Shown here piece after piece: positions 1 to 8,438 of a stretch of 35,360 nucleotides of DNA (positions within the stretch are counted from its first letter, which is position 1; every line of letters begins with the position of its first letter). The position numbers and the translations under genes were made by a program. The notes under the pieces were generated by a model, which was not told where the DNA came from, made no database searches, and was given only the letters and a program-made list of their open reading frames with translations. Source of the stretch: an uncultured virus (IMG/VR IMGVR_UViG_3300005821_000187) (taxonomy: Duplodnaviria; Heunggongvirae; Uroviricota; Caudoviricetes); the IMG/VR virus record IMGVR_UViG_3300005821_000187; one strand, written 5' to 3'.

Positions 1-339
1 CCGGTAGCCACACCCCAGCAAGTCGGTATCGAGCAAGGTATCTTCGCGCTTGTAGCCCATGAGCACGCGGTCACCCGCTTTGAGTGCCCGTTGCTCGCGC
101 CACAAGGGGGCTCCTAGGGCGCTCTCTGAGGGGACGACCGCTAGAGCCTGCGATGGGCTCACGAGCGCGGAGAGCCCGTTGGCGAGCTTCACGCGGGCAA
201 CAGGCTCGACCCCCGCGGAGTAGGCCAGGGCTTCCTCGTATCGCTGGCCCGTCCAGACCTTGAACGGGGCCGTGGTGAGGGCTTCGACGGGCATGAGGCC
301 CTTCGACGTGGTGATCAGGGTGCCGGGGGCAACGCTCAT
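1..339 (-). CDS. Hint/intein-like domain protein (runs off window edge)
   Basis: Not in the ORF track. Manual translation gives MSVAPGTLITTSKGLMPVEAL...VWTG...VKLANGLSALVSPSQAL...WREQRALKAGDRV, resembling intein N-terminal blocks A and B and the W..a.dL..GD motif. Confidence 0.7.
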   Translation of the reverse strand, partial: MSVAPGTLITTSKGLMPVEALTTAPFKVWTGQRYEEALAYSAGVEPVARVKLANGLSALVSPSQALAVVPSESALGAPLWREQRALKAGDRVLMGYKREDTLLDTDLLGCGYR

Positions 340-364
340 GCCCGACTTATACGCCGGGCCGTTG

Positions 365-1450
365 CTATGCCCAAGTCATTTTGAGGCCGCGGTAATACTG
401 CTTATACATCGGGATCGCGGCCTTGATCTCTTTGAGGTAGTTGCCCACGCGAGCGCCATACCCGGAGTTGGTGGCGGAGCTAGTGGTGCCGATGGCTTGG
501 CTCAGCCCGTCCATGCTCAGAGAGATATTCGCGATGCCCGCGCCCGCGATGAGATCGCCAAAAATATGGAAGGGGCCGATGCTCGCCATCATGCCGATCA
601 CATTGATGATATCGGCTGGGATCTGGCCCTCTTCGAAGCCGGCCGTGTAGCTCACTTCGAAGAGCTGCGGGAGATAGTCGAGCCCGTTGTAGATGGCCGG
701 CAAGAATGAGCCGCCCTGGCCCACAAGGATCTCGGAGAGCGTGCCGCTGGTCGGGACGATCTGCACTTGCCCTTCGAGCTTGTTCAAGCGAATCCATTCG
801 CCGGGAAAGATGATCACGTTCTGCCCCGAAGGATATTGAACGCGAAACTCGTCAACGGTGATCACTGGCGTGTTGTCCAAGTGAATGAAGTTGAACGAGT
901 GATAGTCGTGGCGGTAGTAGTCGTGCTTCTCTACGAAGGTCGACGGCAACAGCGGGATATCGACCTGCTTCTCGAAGCCGCGAATCGCGGCCATGATGTA
1001 GCTCAGGTACACGGCGTCTTCTAGCGGTACGCCTTTGTCATTCGTAAGGTCGAGCCCGAACATGTAGCGCGACTTTAGGTCATCGACCGTGAGGATATTG
1101 CGCACGGCCAAGCCCGCTCCCAGAATCGGGGGGCTCGCTTCCGTGCACATCTTCTCGCCCTTGACCGTGCCCGCGTAGCGCGTGCGGTACAGGTAGGTCG
1201 GGCTCCCGCAGCGGTCGAAAAACTCGTAGACGAACTGTTCGGCTTTGAGCACGGGCCGCTCTGAGGCGTGCGTGATCTCTTGGTACGTGAGGCCCTGGTC
1301 CGTGCTCCGCTCGACCACGAGCCGTTCCATGCCGGCAGCGATGGCGATGGCCACGTTCGGGTCATTGGTCGTGACGCGAATGACGTTGCCCGACGCGCGT
1401 GTATCAATGCCGCTGTTCTCTGCCGGGTCTAGTGGATTTACCTGAGCCAT
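365..1450 (-). CDS. Head-tail adaptor/neck protein, Herelleviridae-like, with extra N-terminal beta-rich region
   Basis: Motifs EKHDYYRHDYHSFNFIHL and GAGIANISLSMDGLSQAIGTTSSA resemble the conserved virion protein encoded downstream of the MCP in Twort/SPO1-like phages; position agrees. Confidence 0.7.
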   Translation of the reverse strand: MAQVNPLDPAENSGIDTRASGNVIRVTTNDPNVAIAIAAGMERLVVERSTDQGLTYQEITHASERPVLKAEQFVYEFFDRCGSPTYLYRTRYAGTVKGEKMCTEASPPILGAGLAVRNILTVDDLKSRYMFGLDLTNDKGVPLEDAVYLSYIMAAIRGFEKQVDIPLLPSTFVEKHDYYRHDYHSFNFIHLDNTPVITVDEFRVQYPSGQNVIIFPGEWIRLNKLEGQVQIVPTSGTLSEILVGQGGSFLPAIYNGLDYLPQLFEVSYTAGFEEGQIPADIINVIGMMASIGPFHIFGDLIAGAGIANISLSMDGLSQAIGTTSSATNSGYGARVGNYLKEIKAAIPMYKQYYRGLKMTWA

Positions 1451-1463
1451 GCGTCCCCCTCAC

Positions 1464-1637
1464 TCATTCTGGCGCTTCGCTCTTCAAAAGTGCAGCACCA
1501 CTTTCCAGGTCGTCCCACATTTGAAAATACTCAGCGAGGATCAACGGGATCAGATCCTTCACGAAGAGCTTTTTCTTGTCCGCTTCGGCGGCAAGCCGCA
1601 TCTCAATATCCTCCGGTACGTCGACCACGTGCTGCAT
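1464..1637 (-). CDS. Small ribbon-helix-helix (CopG/Arc-like) protein, 57 aa
   Basis: Not in the ORF track. MQHVVDVPEDIEMRLAAEADKKKLFVKDLIPLILAEYF shows an RHH-like pattern; its start overlaps the upstream stop (TGATG). Confidence 0.6.
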   Translation of the reverse strand: MQHVVDVPEDIEMRLAAEADKKKLFVKDLIPLILAEYFQMWDDLESGAALLKSEAPE

Positions 1638-1993
1638 CACTTTTTCCTTCGGATGTAGAGGCGCTTCTCGATGGTGATCAACCGTTCCCCGTGCTCTTTG
1701 TCCGTGTTCTGCATGCTATCGAGCGTGTCTTGGTTCACCCCGTGTGGCTGCTTCGCGTGCGCTTCAATCGACTGCTTCACCCCGGCTTGCTCTAGCTTCC
1801 TACTGTCTACGTCAACGCACGCGCGCTGCCACGAGCCGAGCAATGTGATCAGAAGCATCCCGGCGAGCACTTGAAAAACCCGAACCTGAGTTTCGAGCTT
1901 TTCAAGTTTGCGGAGCCGAGCATCGTGCTCTTCCAGCTCCCGGCCCATATCGACCTTGCGATAGGGGCGTATGCTCGCCTTCGGCTCAATCAC
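1637..1993 (-). CDS. Hypothetical single-pass membrane/coiled-coil protein
   Basis: Hydrophobic stretch VFQVLAGMLLITLLGSW flanked by heptad-like segments; coupled to neighbouring genes. Confidence 0.6.
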   Translation of the reverse strand: MIEPKASIRPYRKVDMGRELEEHDARLRKLEKLETQVRVFQVLAGMLLITLLGSWQRACVDVDSRKLEQAGVKQSIEAHAKQPHGVNQDTLDSMQNTDKEHGERLITIEKRLYIRRKK

Positions 1994-2310
1994 TCACTCC
2001 CAGCGTCGATCAACGCCCAGATTGCAGCTTCTACCGCGGCCCATGGAGCACCTAGCCCCGCGTCTTCTTTGTATACGTGGCGGTCCCGCGTGACACGCCG
2101 GAAGTCGCCATCCGCGTCCAGGTAGCCGTTCTCTACGTCCACGGTCGCCAAGCAAGATCCTTCCGCTTTTGGCGTGATCACCACGCGCGAAATGCGCTGT
2201 TGATCCAACGTAACCTCGACCTCAGTAGGCTCCGGCACTTCGGCCACCACCGGCTTAGCCCGCTCTTGGAGCTTGCGCGTTTCCACTTTCCCTGTTTTTT
2301 GGCGTGGCAT
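1990..2310 (-). CDS. Hypothetical protein (start MPRQKTG)
   Basis: ATG at 2310 overlaps the upstream TAA (TAATG); the longer ORF-track start is unlikely. Confidence 0.65.
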   Translation of the reverse strand: MPRQKTGKVETRKLQERAKPVVAEVPEPTEVEVTLDQQRISRVVITPKAEGSCLATVDVENGYLDADGDFRRVTRDRHVYKEDAGLGAPWAAVEAAIWALIDAGSE

Positions 2311-2675
2311 TATCGCTTGTCCCTTGAAACCTTGGTTACCTGGACCACGGGAGTGCCCCCGGACCCAAAGCATGAGAGCCCGTCGTCGCGCTCCCCGCGC
2401 ACCATGAGCGTGAAGATCGCGTAGTTGAGATGCGCACTGTCTGTGTGCACCACGAATTGCGTGGAAGGGGCCGCAGCCGTCGCCTGCACATCGCCGAACG
2501 GACCTTGGCGAAGCCACAAGTCTCCGCCGCCGTACGCGGGCACACGGATCTCATAGCGTCCCGGCGTCAATGGTTCGGGCAGCTCGACCGAACCACCCGA
2601 TGGCGCCGTGACCCGTACCGTGTCCCCCAAGTGCTCTGCGTAGAAGTACCGCAGATCATCAGCATGAGCGGCCAT
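2310..2675 (-). CDS. Hypothetical virion-associated protein
   Basis: Translationally coupled within the structural operon; beta-rich composition. Confidence 0.65.
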   Translation of the reverse strand: MAAHADDLRYFYAEHLGDTVRVTAPSGGSVELPEPLTPGRYEIRVPAYGGGDLWLRQGPFGDVQATAAAPSTQFVVHTDSAHLNYAIFTLMVRGERDDGLSCFGSGGTPVVQVTKVSRDKR

Positions 2676-3127
2676 TATTCCCCCTCATCCTCGAAGATCG
2701 CGGCTTCCACCGCGGCCTTGATATCGTCTTTGCGCATGTGCGCGTCTACATCGTCGACCCCGTACTCCGCCGCGGTCGCCAAAAGCTCCGCTTTGGTCAT
2801 GGCATCGAGATCGGGGCCTTCGGCCTCATCGTCGGCGCCATCGTCCCCCTCATCGCCACCATCGGCCGCTTCGGGCTCAGGGGCGGGCTCAGGGGCCGGC
2901 TCTGGTTCAACGGCCGCTGGTTCAGGCTCCGGTTCCGGCGCCGGCTCAGGGGCCGCTGGGGCCACGGAACGACCCGACTTGGGCTTAGTCCAGCCCGGAG
3001 TAGTCAGAAGGAACTCCGCGTCTTTGCCCGGTACATCGAACACGCCATCGGCATCCCCTGTCACAGTCCCCGTACCGTACTTGAGGCCCAGCTCCATGCC
3101 GGCCAGACTTGGATTCTTGATCTTCAT
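2675..3127 (-). CDS. Protein with Pro/Glu linker and C-terminal Rho-N/HeH-like domain
   Basis: DLDAMTKAELLATAAEYGVDDVDAHMRKDDIKAAV resembles Rho-N/HeH motifs; AGGA SD upstream; lies directly after the MCP. Confidence 0.7.
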   Translation of the reverse strand: MKIKNPSLAGMELGLKYGTGTVTGDADGVFDVPGKDAEFLLTTPGWTKPKSGRSVAPAAPEPAPEPEPEPAAVEPEPAPEPAPEPEAADGGDEGDDGADDEAEGPDLDAMTKAELLATAAEYGVDDVDAHMRKDDIKAAVEAAIFEDEGE

Positions 3128-3144
3128 TGTCCTTTTTCCCTCCG

Positions 3145-3191
3145 AAAAGTAGAAAGGGCGAGCGAACTAATGCCCGCTCGCCCCGTTCTAC
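3145..3191 (-). terminator. Intrinsic terminator after the MCP gene
   Basis: Long stem GTAGAACGGGGCGAGCGGGC-ATTA-GTTCGCTCGCCCTTTCTAC followed by TTTT on the minus strand. Confidence 0.7.
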
Positions 3192-3216
3192 CAGCTTTCG
3201 CTATGGGCTTCCTCCC

Positions 3217-4626
3217 TTAGAGGCTGCCCGCTTCGCGACCGATGTTCTTGACCACGATGTTCTTGGCGGGCGTGTACAACTTTATCGCACCATAGACTAC
3301 CTGAGCCCACCTGATGCTCGTGTCGATGGTTGCGAGGGGAATCCGGGTCATTGGCAAGAGCTGAGCCCATGACATTGACCGCTGATTCTGCTGCAAAACG
3401 AAGCCCTTGGTGGTCCCCGGAATGTCGCCGTTGCTGTCCGTAATGACCTGCGTTGCGCCAGTGCGCGCGACGCGTGTCATGAGCTGAGCGGTGCCCGCTG
3501 CGCCGCCGACCGTGGAACGGTACAGCTCGTAGAAGGTCGTGCCCTGCCCACCGTCTGCCACCGTGAAGGTGACGTTCTCGCCCGCAGCTACCGTGACCCC
3601 GGCCGTGGTGACCGGAGTGCTGACGCCGTAGCGGTTGCCCGCCATGACTTGGTAGATGTACACGCCCGCGTCAGCCAGGATGAACTGGCTGCCCGTGCCG
3701 GCCGCTGCCGGTGCCACGGTGATCGTGGGAGTGAGCGGTCGCTTCGAAGCGTCGCCCAAGCCGTTTGCAAGCGGCGTCTGGGAGTCTTCAAAGAACACGT
3801 GGTCGTGCAAGTTGATCTTGCCGTGCTGGCCCTGGAAGGCCGTGACGGAAGCGCCGAGCACACCGGGTGCCGGTGCAATGGCGAATCGTTGCCGCTCGTA
3901 GACCTGCTTCGCGAGATCCGAGAATGCCCCGGCGCTAAAGTAGGCATCGGTCGCCATCCCGTAGTTTTCGCGAATCTGCAACAGCATGTCGTTCATCGCG
4001 TTTTCAGTGAGCGCAGCGCCACGAAGGTCGACCACGTTATCCGGCGCCGCATCCGAGATCAGCTTTTCGAGACCGTCGAGCTGTTCGGGGATGAGCGAGG
4101 AGTTGCCGAAGAACAGGGAGTTTTCCAGATTCTTCAACAAATCCATGGTCTTGTTCATGGTTTCGAGCGCGATCACGTTGCCGTGCGCGGCTCGAATGGT
4201 GTTGGCTACGTGCGTGACGCGGCCGACAACGCCCAAGAATTTCGTGAGAACCGTCACGCGTTCGTACGTGCTGTCCTCTTCCTCGGGAAGAGCGCCTTCA
4301 CTCATCCAACCCATGTTGAAGCGACGGCTGCCTGAGCGGCTGTAGCTTACAAGTCGGTTGAACTCCTCCACTGTGTTCTGTGCACTCACCTTGGAAATGC
4401 TACGAAACAGCTTGATTTCTGACATTTCGAACGTCAGATTTTTGAGTTGTGATTCGAGACTTTCCGTCCTCAACGGAAAACCGACACCGGGCGCAACGCC
4501 TGGGTCGTTCACGTCACTGCCGGCCGTAAGGGCCTTGCGCAGCTCAGCTAGCTCGTCGGGCGACGATGTGCCCCAACCGCCGTAATCGCGGTAGTCACGC
4601 GCCGAAACAAATGATCCTACACTCAT
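3217..4626 (-). CDS. Major capsid protein (Herelleviridae-type) with N-terminal propeptide
   Basis: 469 aa. LRKA|LTAG...PLRTESLESQLKNLTF, QLDGLEKLI, ATDAYF and QLLPMTRIPLA match Twort/SPO1-like MCP motifs; beta-rich insertion near the C-terminus. Confidence 0.92.
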   Translation of the reverse strand: MSVGSFVSARDYRDYGGWGTSSPDELAELRKALTAGSDVNDPGVAPGVGFPLRTESLESQLKNLTFEMSEIKLFRSISKVSAQNTVEEFNRLVSYSRSGSRRFNMGWMSEGALPEEEDSTYERVTVLTKFLGVVGRVTHVANTIRAAHGNVIALETMNKTMDLLKNLENSLFFGNSSLIPEQLDGLEKLISDAAPDNVVDLRGAALTENAMNDMLLQIRENYGMATDAYFSAGAFSDLAKQVYERQRFAIAPAPGVLGASVTAFQGQHGKINLHDHVFFEDSQTPLANGLGDASKRPLTPTITVAPAAAGTGSQFILADAGVYIYQVMAGNRYGVSTPVTTAGVTVAAGENVTFTVADGGQGTTFYELYRSTVGGAAGTAQLMTRVARTGATQVITDSNGDIPGTTKGFVLQQNQRSMSWAQLLPMTRIPLATIDTSIRWAQVVYGAIKLYTPAKNIVVKNIGREAGSL

Positions 4627-4657
4627 CTTGTTTTTCCTTTGTTCTTTCTAGGCGCGT

Positions 4658-5590
4658 TTAGGCGTACTGCCGAGCCGCGTCCGCCTCATTTGGATGGGTC
4701 TGGAGGAAGTTGTGAACGGCGCCGACTGTCTTCTGGTCGATGACGTTGCCCCCCTCGAACAGCCCGACCAATTCGGACGTTCGGTGGCCATTGATCTCGT
4801 GCATGCCTTTTTCAAGGTTCATGTACGTGAGGGTCGAAAGGATCTCGCTCTTGCGAAGCTCCTTACCACCCTGGCCAAGCTCACCGGGCAGTGCCTTGTG
4901 AAGCGGCTGCGCCCCGGAAAGCTGGGTAGCTCCCTTTGGTGCGGCCGGTGTGCGCTCCACGATGTTCAGGCGCTCTCCGAGAACCTGAATGACGTTGCTC
5001 TGGCTCTTGAGCAATCCACCGATCTGGTGAAGTGCCGCGGCGAGCTTCTGGTTCACATGAGACTGCTGGCCTTCGAAGGCTCCCGCGCTCTTGCGAATCG
5101 CATCGAGCTGATCTGCCGTGCGGGCAGTCAGCGCCTCTAGGAACGGCGACACATCGATGGTGTCGGAGAGATCAGGATCTTCCCGGTACACATCCATGCT
5201 CTTCTGGAAAGCGTGCGCCTCAGACTTGTCGAAGGGATTTTCCTTCTTGTCCTTGTCGTCACCCTCTTCGTCGCCCTCTTCCTCTTCCTCTTCCTCATCG
5301 TCGCTCATGAAAGCGGCGAAAGCGTTGATCGTTCCGGCAGGAATGCCCGCGGCGCTCATCTTGGCGATCATGAGATCGTCAAGCCCGCCTACGTCACCAC
5401 CACCGGCCGTTGCGCCTGAGCTTGCACCACGCTCGTCCACACGGCCGCCGGTCTCCACCGATGTGCCGCCGTACGCTTTGGTCAAGCTCGTGGCGTCCGC
5501 AGCCTTTAGAAGCTCATCGAGAGCGTTCCCAAGACCGTCGTCAGTCACTTGCGGCTCCGCTGGAGCCTGGTTCTCATCCGGCATGTTCAC
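4658..5590 (-). CDS. Probable scaffold protein
   Basis: Lies between protease and MCP; acidic and coiled-coil, with many K-S/K-A motifs. Confidence 0.65.
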   Translation of the reverse strand: MNMPDENQAPAEPQVTDDGLGNALDELLKAADATSLTKAYGGTSVETGGRVDERGASSGATAGGGDVGGLDDLMIAKMSAAGIPAGTINAFAAFMSDDEEEEEEEGDEEGDDKDKKENPFDKSEAHAFQKSMDVYREDPDLSDTIDVSPFLEALTARTADQLDAIRKSAGAFEGQQSHVNQKLAAALHQIGGLLKSQSNVIQVLGERLNIVERTPAAPKGATQLSGAQPLHKALPGELGQGGKELRKSEILSTLTYMNLEKGMHEINGHRTSELVGLFEGGNVIDQKTVGAVHNFLQTHPNEADAARQYA

Positions 5591-6314
5591 TATCCTCCGT
5601 TTCGGCGTGCCACTTCATCGCGTACGCCACGATTTTCTCTGCTAGCGCGCCGTCCAGGTTTGGCCGGATTGCGCGGAGTTTTTCGATCGCCTCAGTCGCT
5701 TTGTAGAGGCGCTTTTTCTTTTTCTTTTTCTTGCCGCCTTCGAGCGATTCATCGCGAAGCGGGAAGCCTTCACCGGGTGCAGTGCCGGGGTCGCTCACGG
5801 CGTTGCCGGCGCTCAGCGACTTGGCGAGCACATCGAGCCCGGTGTTCGTGTTCACGGGGCAGCGCGTGATCGCGACCTCGCGCACGGTCGCCTTGCGCAC
5901 GACCTTGGGGTTCACGGAGTCGCGCTCTTCGATCTGCCCTTCGACGCTAAACCCGAGTCGGCGGTCGCTCTTTTGAAGCGCCTGCGCGATGTTCCAAAGG
6001 TTGTCAGAGCGTTGGTGGCCTTTGAGCAGGTAGCCTTCGACGTACCAACCTTGCTCCCCATCGGGCAGCTCCCGAAGCTCGCAAAGGTCGGGATACCCGA
6101 CTAGGGCCTCAGTGCTGTGATCGTGGTTGTCATTGAACCAGCCACCCTTCAAAAACGGGCTGAAATCGAGCCCCTTCTGGATCAGGCGCTCGCCTTGGCG
6201 GTCGACTTCGCCAGTCGACACGATGCCCCCGATGCGGCGCTCTTTGGAGGGATCGACTCCCGCCTTTTCAAAGCACTCAACTTGAACATCGAACTTGAAT
6301 GGTGTTGCCGTCAA
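5574..6314 (-). CDS. Prohead (maturation) protease
   Basis: IGGIVSTGEVDRQGE, FNDNHDH, LGFSVEG and VREVAITRCPVNTNT motifs of the HK97/Herelleviridae-type serine prohead protease. Confidence 0.9.
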   Translation of the reverse strand: MTATPFKFDVQVECFEKAGVDPSKERRIGGIVSTGEVDRQGERLIQKGLDFSPFLKGGWFNDNHDHSTEALVGYPDLCELRELPDGEQGWYVEGYLLKGHQRSDNLWNIAQALQKSDRRLGFSVEGQIEERDSVNPKVVRKATVREVAITRCPVNTNTGLDVLAKSLSAGNAVSDPGTAPGEGFPLRDESLEGGKKKKKKKRLYKATEAIEKLRAIRPNLDGALAEKIVAYAMKWHAETEDSEHAG

Positions 6315-6332
6315 TGTCGCCCCCCGAACGCA

Positions 6333-6368
6333 AAAAAGGCGGCCAACCGTCGATGGTTGAACCGCCTC
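6333..6368 (-). terminator. Terminator-like hairpin just upstream of the protease RBS
   Basis: AGGCGGTTCAACC-ATCGAC-GGTTGGCCGCCT followed by a T run on the minus strand. Confidence 0.6.
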
Positions 6369-6432
6369 TAATGGCCACGCCCCCGCGTGACCTAGGCCCT
6401 GGTGATGATCTGACAGTATCCCCTAGGGCGTG

Positions 6433-6666
6433 TCAACTCTTGGGGACGGTGAAAACGGCCTTTCGCAGCTCGATCTTCGCCCTAGCGAGGATAACCGCGC
6501 GCTTGCACGAGCCGCAGTTGATCTCCACGTCGCCGCTCTTGTGCAAAACCACGATCGACGTTTTCGCTTTGTAGCGTGCGCCGGAACTACTCTTGCGGAA
6601 TATGGGACGATCACAGTGCGGGCAGTGCAAGTGCTTGTCGCCGTTCATTATCCCTTGTTCAGTCAT
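6433..6666 (-). CDS. Zinc-ribbon protein, Mu Com-like
   Basis: LHCPHCDRPIF...VEINCGSCK matches the Com-family CxxC...EIxCxxCK pattern. Confidence 0.6.
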   Translation of the reverse strand: MTEQGIMNGDKHLHCPHCDRPIFRKSSSGARYKAKTSIVVLHKSGDVEINCGSCKRAVILARAKIELRKAVFTVPKS

Positions 6667-8438
6667 GCCCAGATTTTTCGATACGCTTTGTGCACGAATG
6701 CGAACTGCCGTGGCCAGCGAAGCATAAGCCGCTGGCGATGGTACAGATAGAGCATCGTGACTTCGGCGGCATTCTCGATGGGCTCGCGTAGCGCGTAGTC
6801 GCTCACGTAGCCCTCATCCTTGCTGATCGTGTCGAGCGACGCATGCCATGCCTTGACCGCTGCGATGCTGCCGAGTTGCCGGATGAGGTAGACGTTTAGC
6901 GAGTGTCCGATCTCATGCGGGAGCACGCGCGCGATGCGCTCCGCGGGAAGCGTTTGCGAGATACGGATCTCGTTGCCGCTCCAATACGCGTAGTCGTGTT
7001 CATCGAGCGGGTTCTGCACCCGCGGGATATCCGTAGTAACAAACGTGATACCCACGTCTTTGTCAAAGATTTCGGGGGGTGTCTTGTCGATCACCTTCTG
7101 GATCTCATCCATCATGGTGGGGTCGCCGACACGCACGCTGATCCCCTTTTCGGGCCGGCTATCCCCGTAGCTCAGCACGGGCGCATCGGGTGTCGGCTTC
7201 GGGAGCGCCTTGCGCAGATCCCAATTCAGCCAGTCGCTTCGCAGCAATGACTCCGGCACCATCTCGCCCGTTTCGTCGAAAGCCCAGCCTTCGGGCACGT
7301 GGATGATATCGCAGCCACACCACGGATGGACGGGGCCGACCGTGGCCTTCCAATCGCGTGCCTTGCGGCCGACGTTGCTCCCGTTCTCGACCAGCTCACT
7401 CATCTTGAAGATCCGCAGTTGGCCCGTGGGCAGCTTGTGCAGCCTCATGCAATGCGGGCACGCGTCCGGGTTTGGCATCTTGGCGACCCGGATATCTTCG
7501 GGATCGCCGTAGCGTGAGGCGAGCCCCTGGACGATGCCCTCTTGCATGGCCTTCTGCTTCTCAGTGGCCGCGATGCGCTTGAAGTCGCGAGACCAATCCC
7601 CGGTCTTGTCGCCCAAGTCGCTCGCGAGCTGGCGCCACGTTTGCTGGCGCTGAATGTTCTCCGCGGTGGAGTCTCGGATCACGCCTTCGTAGCGCCGCCG
7701 CAGATCCTTGTCGGCCTCGATGGCGATGGTCGAAAAGTCGTCCGATATCTTGTTCCCGAGCCCCTTGATCTCCGTGGCCGCGGAGTGCTTGGCCCATTCG
7801 ACCGCGTGCTTCTCGTTCGGCCCTATCGGGATCTTCGGGGCGAAGTCACTCACGAATTGCTTGTAGGTGAGCCCGTGGCGCCGCTTTTTCTCTTCGTAGG
7901 ACCGCGACGCGCTCAGGACGTGCCCATAGCGGTAGGCGTCTTCGATGGCGTCCATGGCCGCTGGGGGCATCTCTGAGGCCGTGGGGACGAATGTATGCCG
8001 TAGGTCTTCGGGGAGTATCCCCGCGTCGATTAGGCGCTCTACAGAGCCCGGCGGTAGGGTCTCCGGGCCGATGGTCCCGGCGATGAACGCTTGGTGGTAG
8101 TCTTCGACGATCTGAGTCAGCTCATACAGCTCCCCCGGCGTGATCAACGGCTTCGGGGTGTCGGCCTTGGTGAGCTTCACCTTGATCGTCTCTTCGATGT
8201 AGTGCCGCATCTCAGACACCATCTTGTCGAGCTGCTTATCGTAGGCGCGTTCGAAGCGGCCCACGCTCGTGAGCATCGCCTTGTAGCGGCGGAACGTGCC
8301 CTTGCCGTAGCGCGGAACGGGCTCCGCTTTGACCAGAAGTCCGTTTCCGACCACCGCTTGGGCGATCTCGATAGGATCTAGGTCTGCGGGCGCGTCGACT
8401 CGAATCTTGGCTTTCGCCGCCACGTCGCCCCCCTGCAT
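6663..8438 (-). CDS. MuF/SPP1 gp7-like head morphogenesis protein with C-terminal zinc metallopeptidase domain
   Basis: RIAATE, DACPHCMRLH and GPVHPWCGC MuF-like motifs; C-terminal HEIGH and YVSDYALREPIENAAE. Confidence 0.8.
   Translation of the reverse strand: MQGGDVAAKAKIRVDAPADLDPIEIAQAVVGNGLLVKAEPVPRYGKGTFRRYKAMLTSVGRFERAYDKQLDKMVSEMRHYIEETIKVKLTKADTPKPLITPGELYELTQIVEDYHQAFIAGTIGPETLPPGSVERLIDAGILPEDLRHTFVPTASEMPPAAMDAIEDAYRYGHVLSASRSYEEKKRRHGLTYKQFVSDFAPKIPIGPNEKHAVEWAKHSAATEIKGLGNKISDDFSTIAIEADKDLRRRYEGVIRDSTAENIQRQQTWRQLASDLGDKTGDWSRDFKRIAATEKQKAMQEGIVQGLASRYGDPEDIRVAKMPNPDACPHCMRLHKLPTGQLRIFKMSELVENGSNVGRKARDWKATVGPVHPWCGCDIIHVPEGWAFDETGEMVPESLLRSDWLNWDLRKALPKPTPDAPVLSYGDSRPEKGISVRVGDPTMMDEIQKVIDKTPPEIFDKDVGITFVTTDIPRVQNPLDEHDYAYWSGNEIRISQTLPAERIARVLPHEIGHSLNVYLIRQLGSIAAVKAWHASLDTISKDEGYVSDYALREPIENAAEVTMLYLYHRQRLMLRWPRQFAFVHKAYRKIWA

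Noticed and set aside
337..367. Read-through fusion of the neck protein to the Hint domain
   Set aside because: The two ORFs are in different frames and no slippery site is evident.
1637..1993. Holin or spanin call
   Set aside because: Only one hydrophobic segment and no adjacent endolysin; insufficient support.
2868..2960. Short tandem DNA repeats
   Set aside because: They encode the Pro-Glu-Pro-Ala linker; no CRISPR-like repeat-spacer periodicity was seen here or elsewhere in the window.
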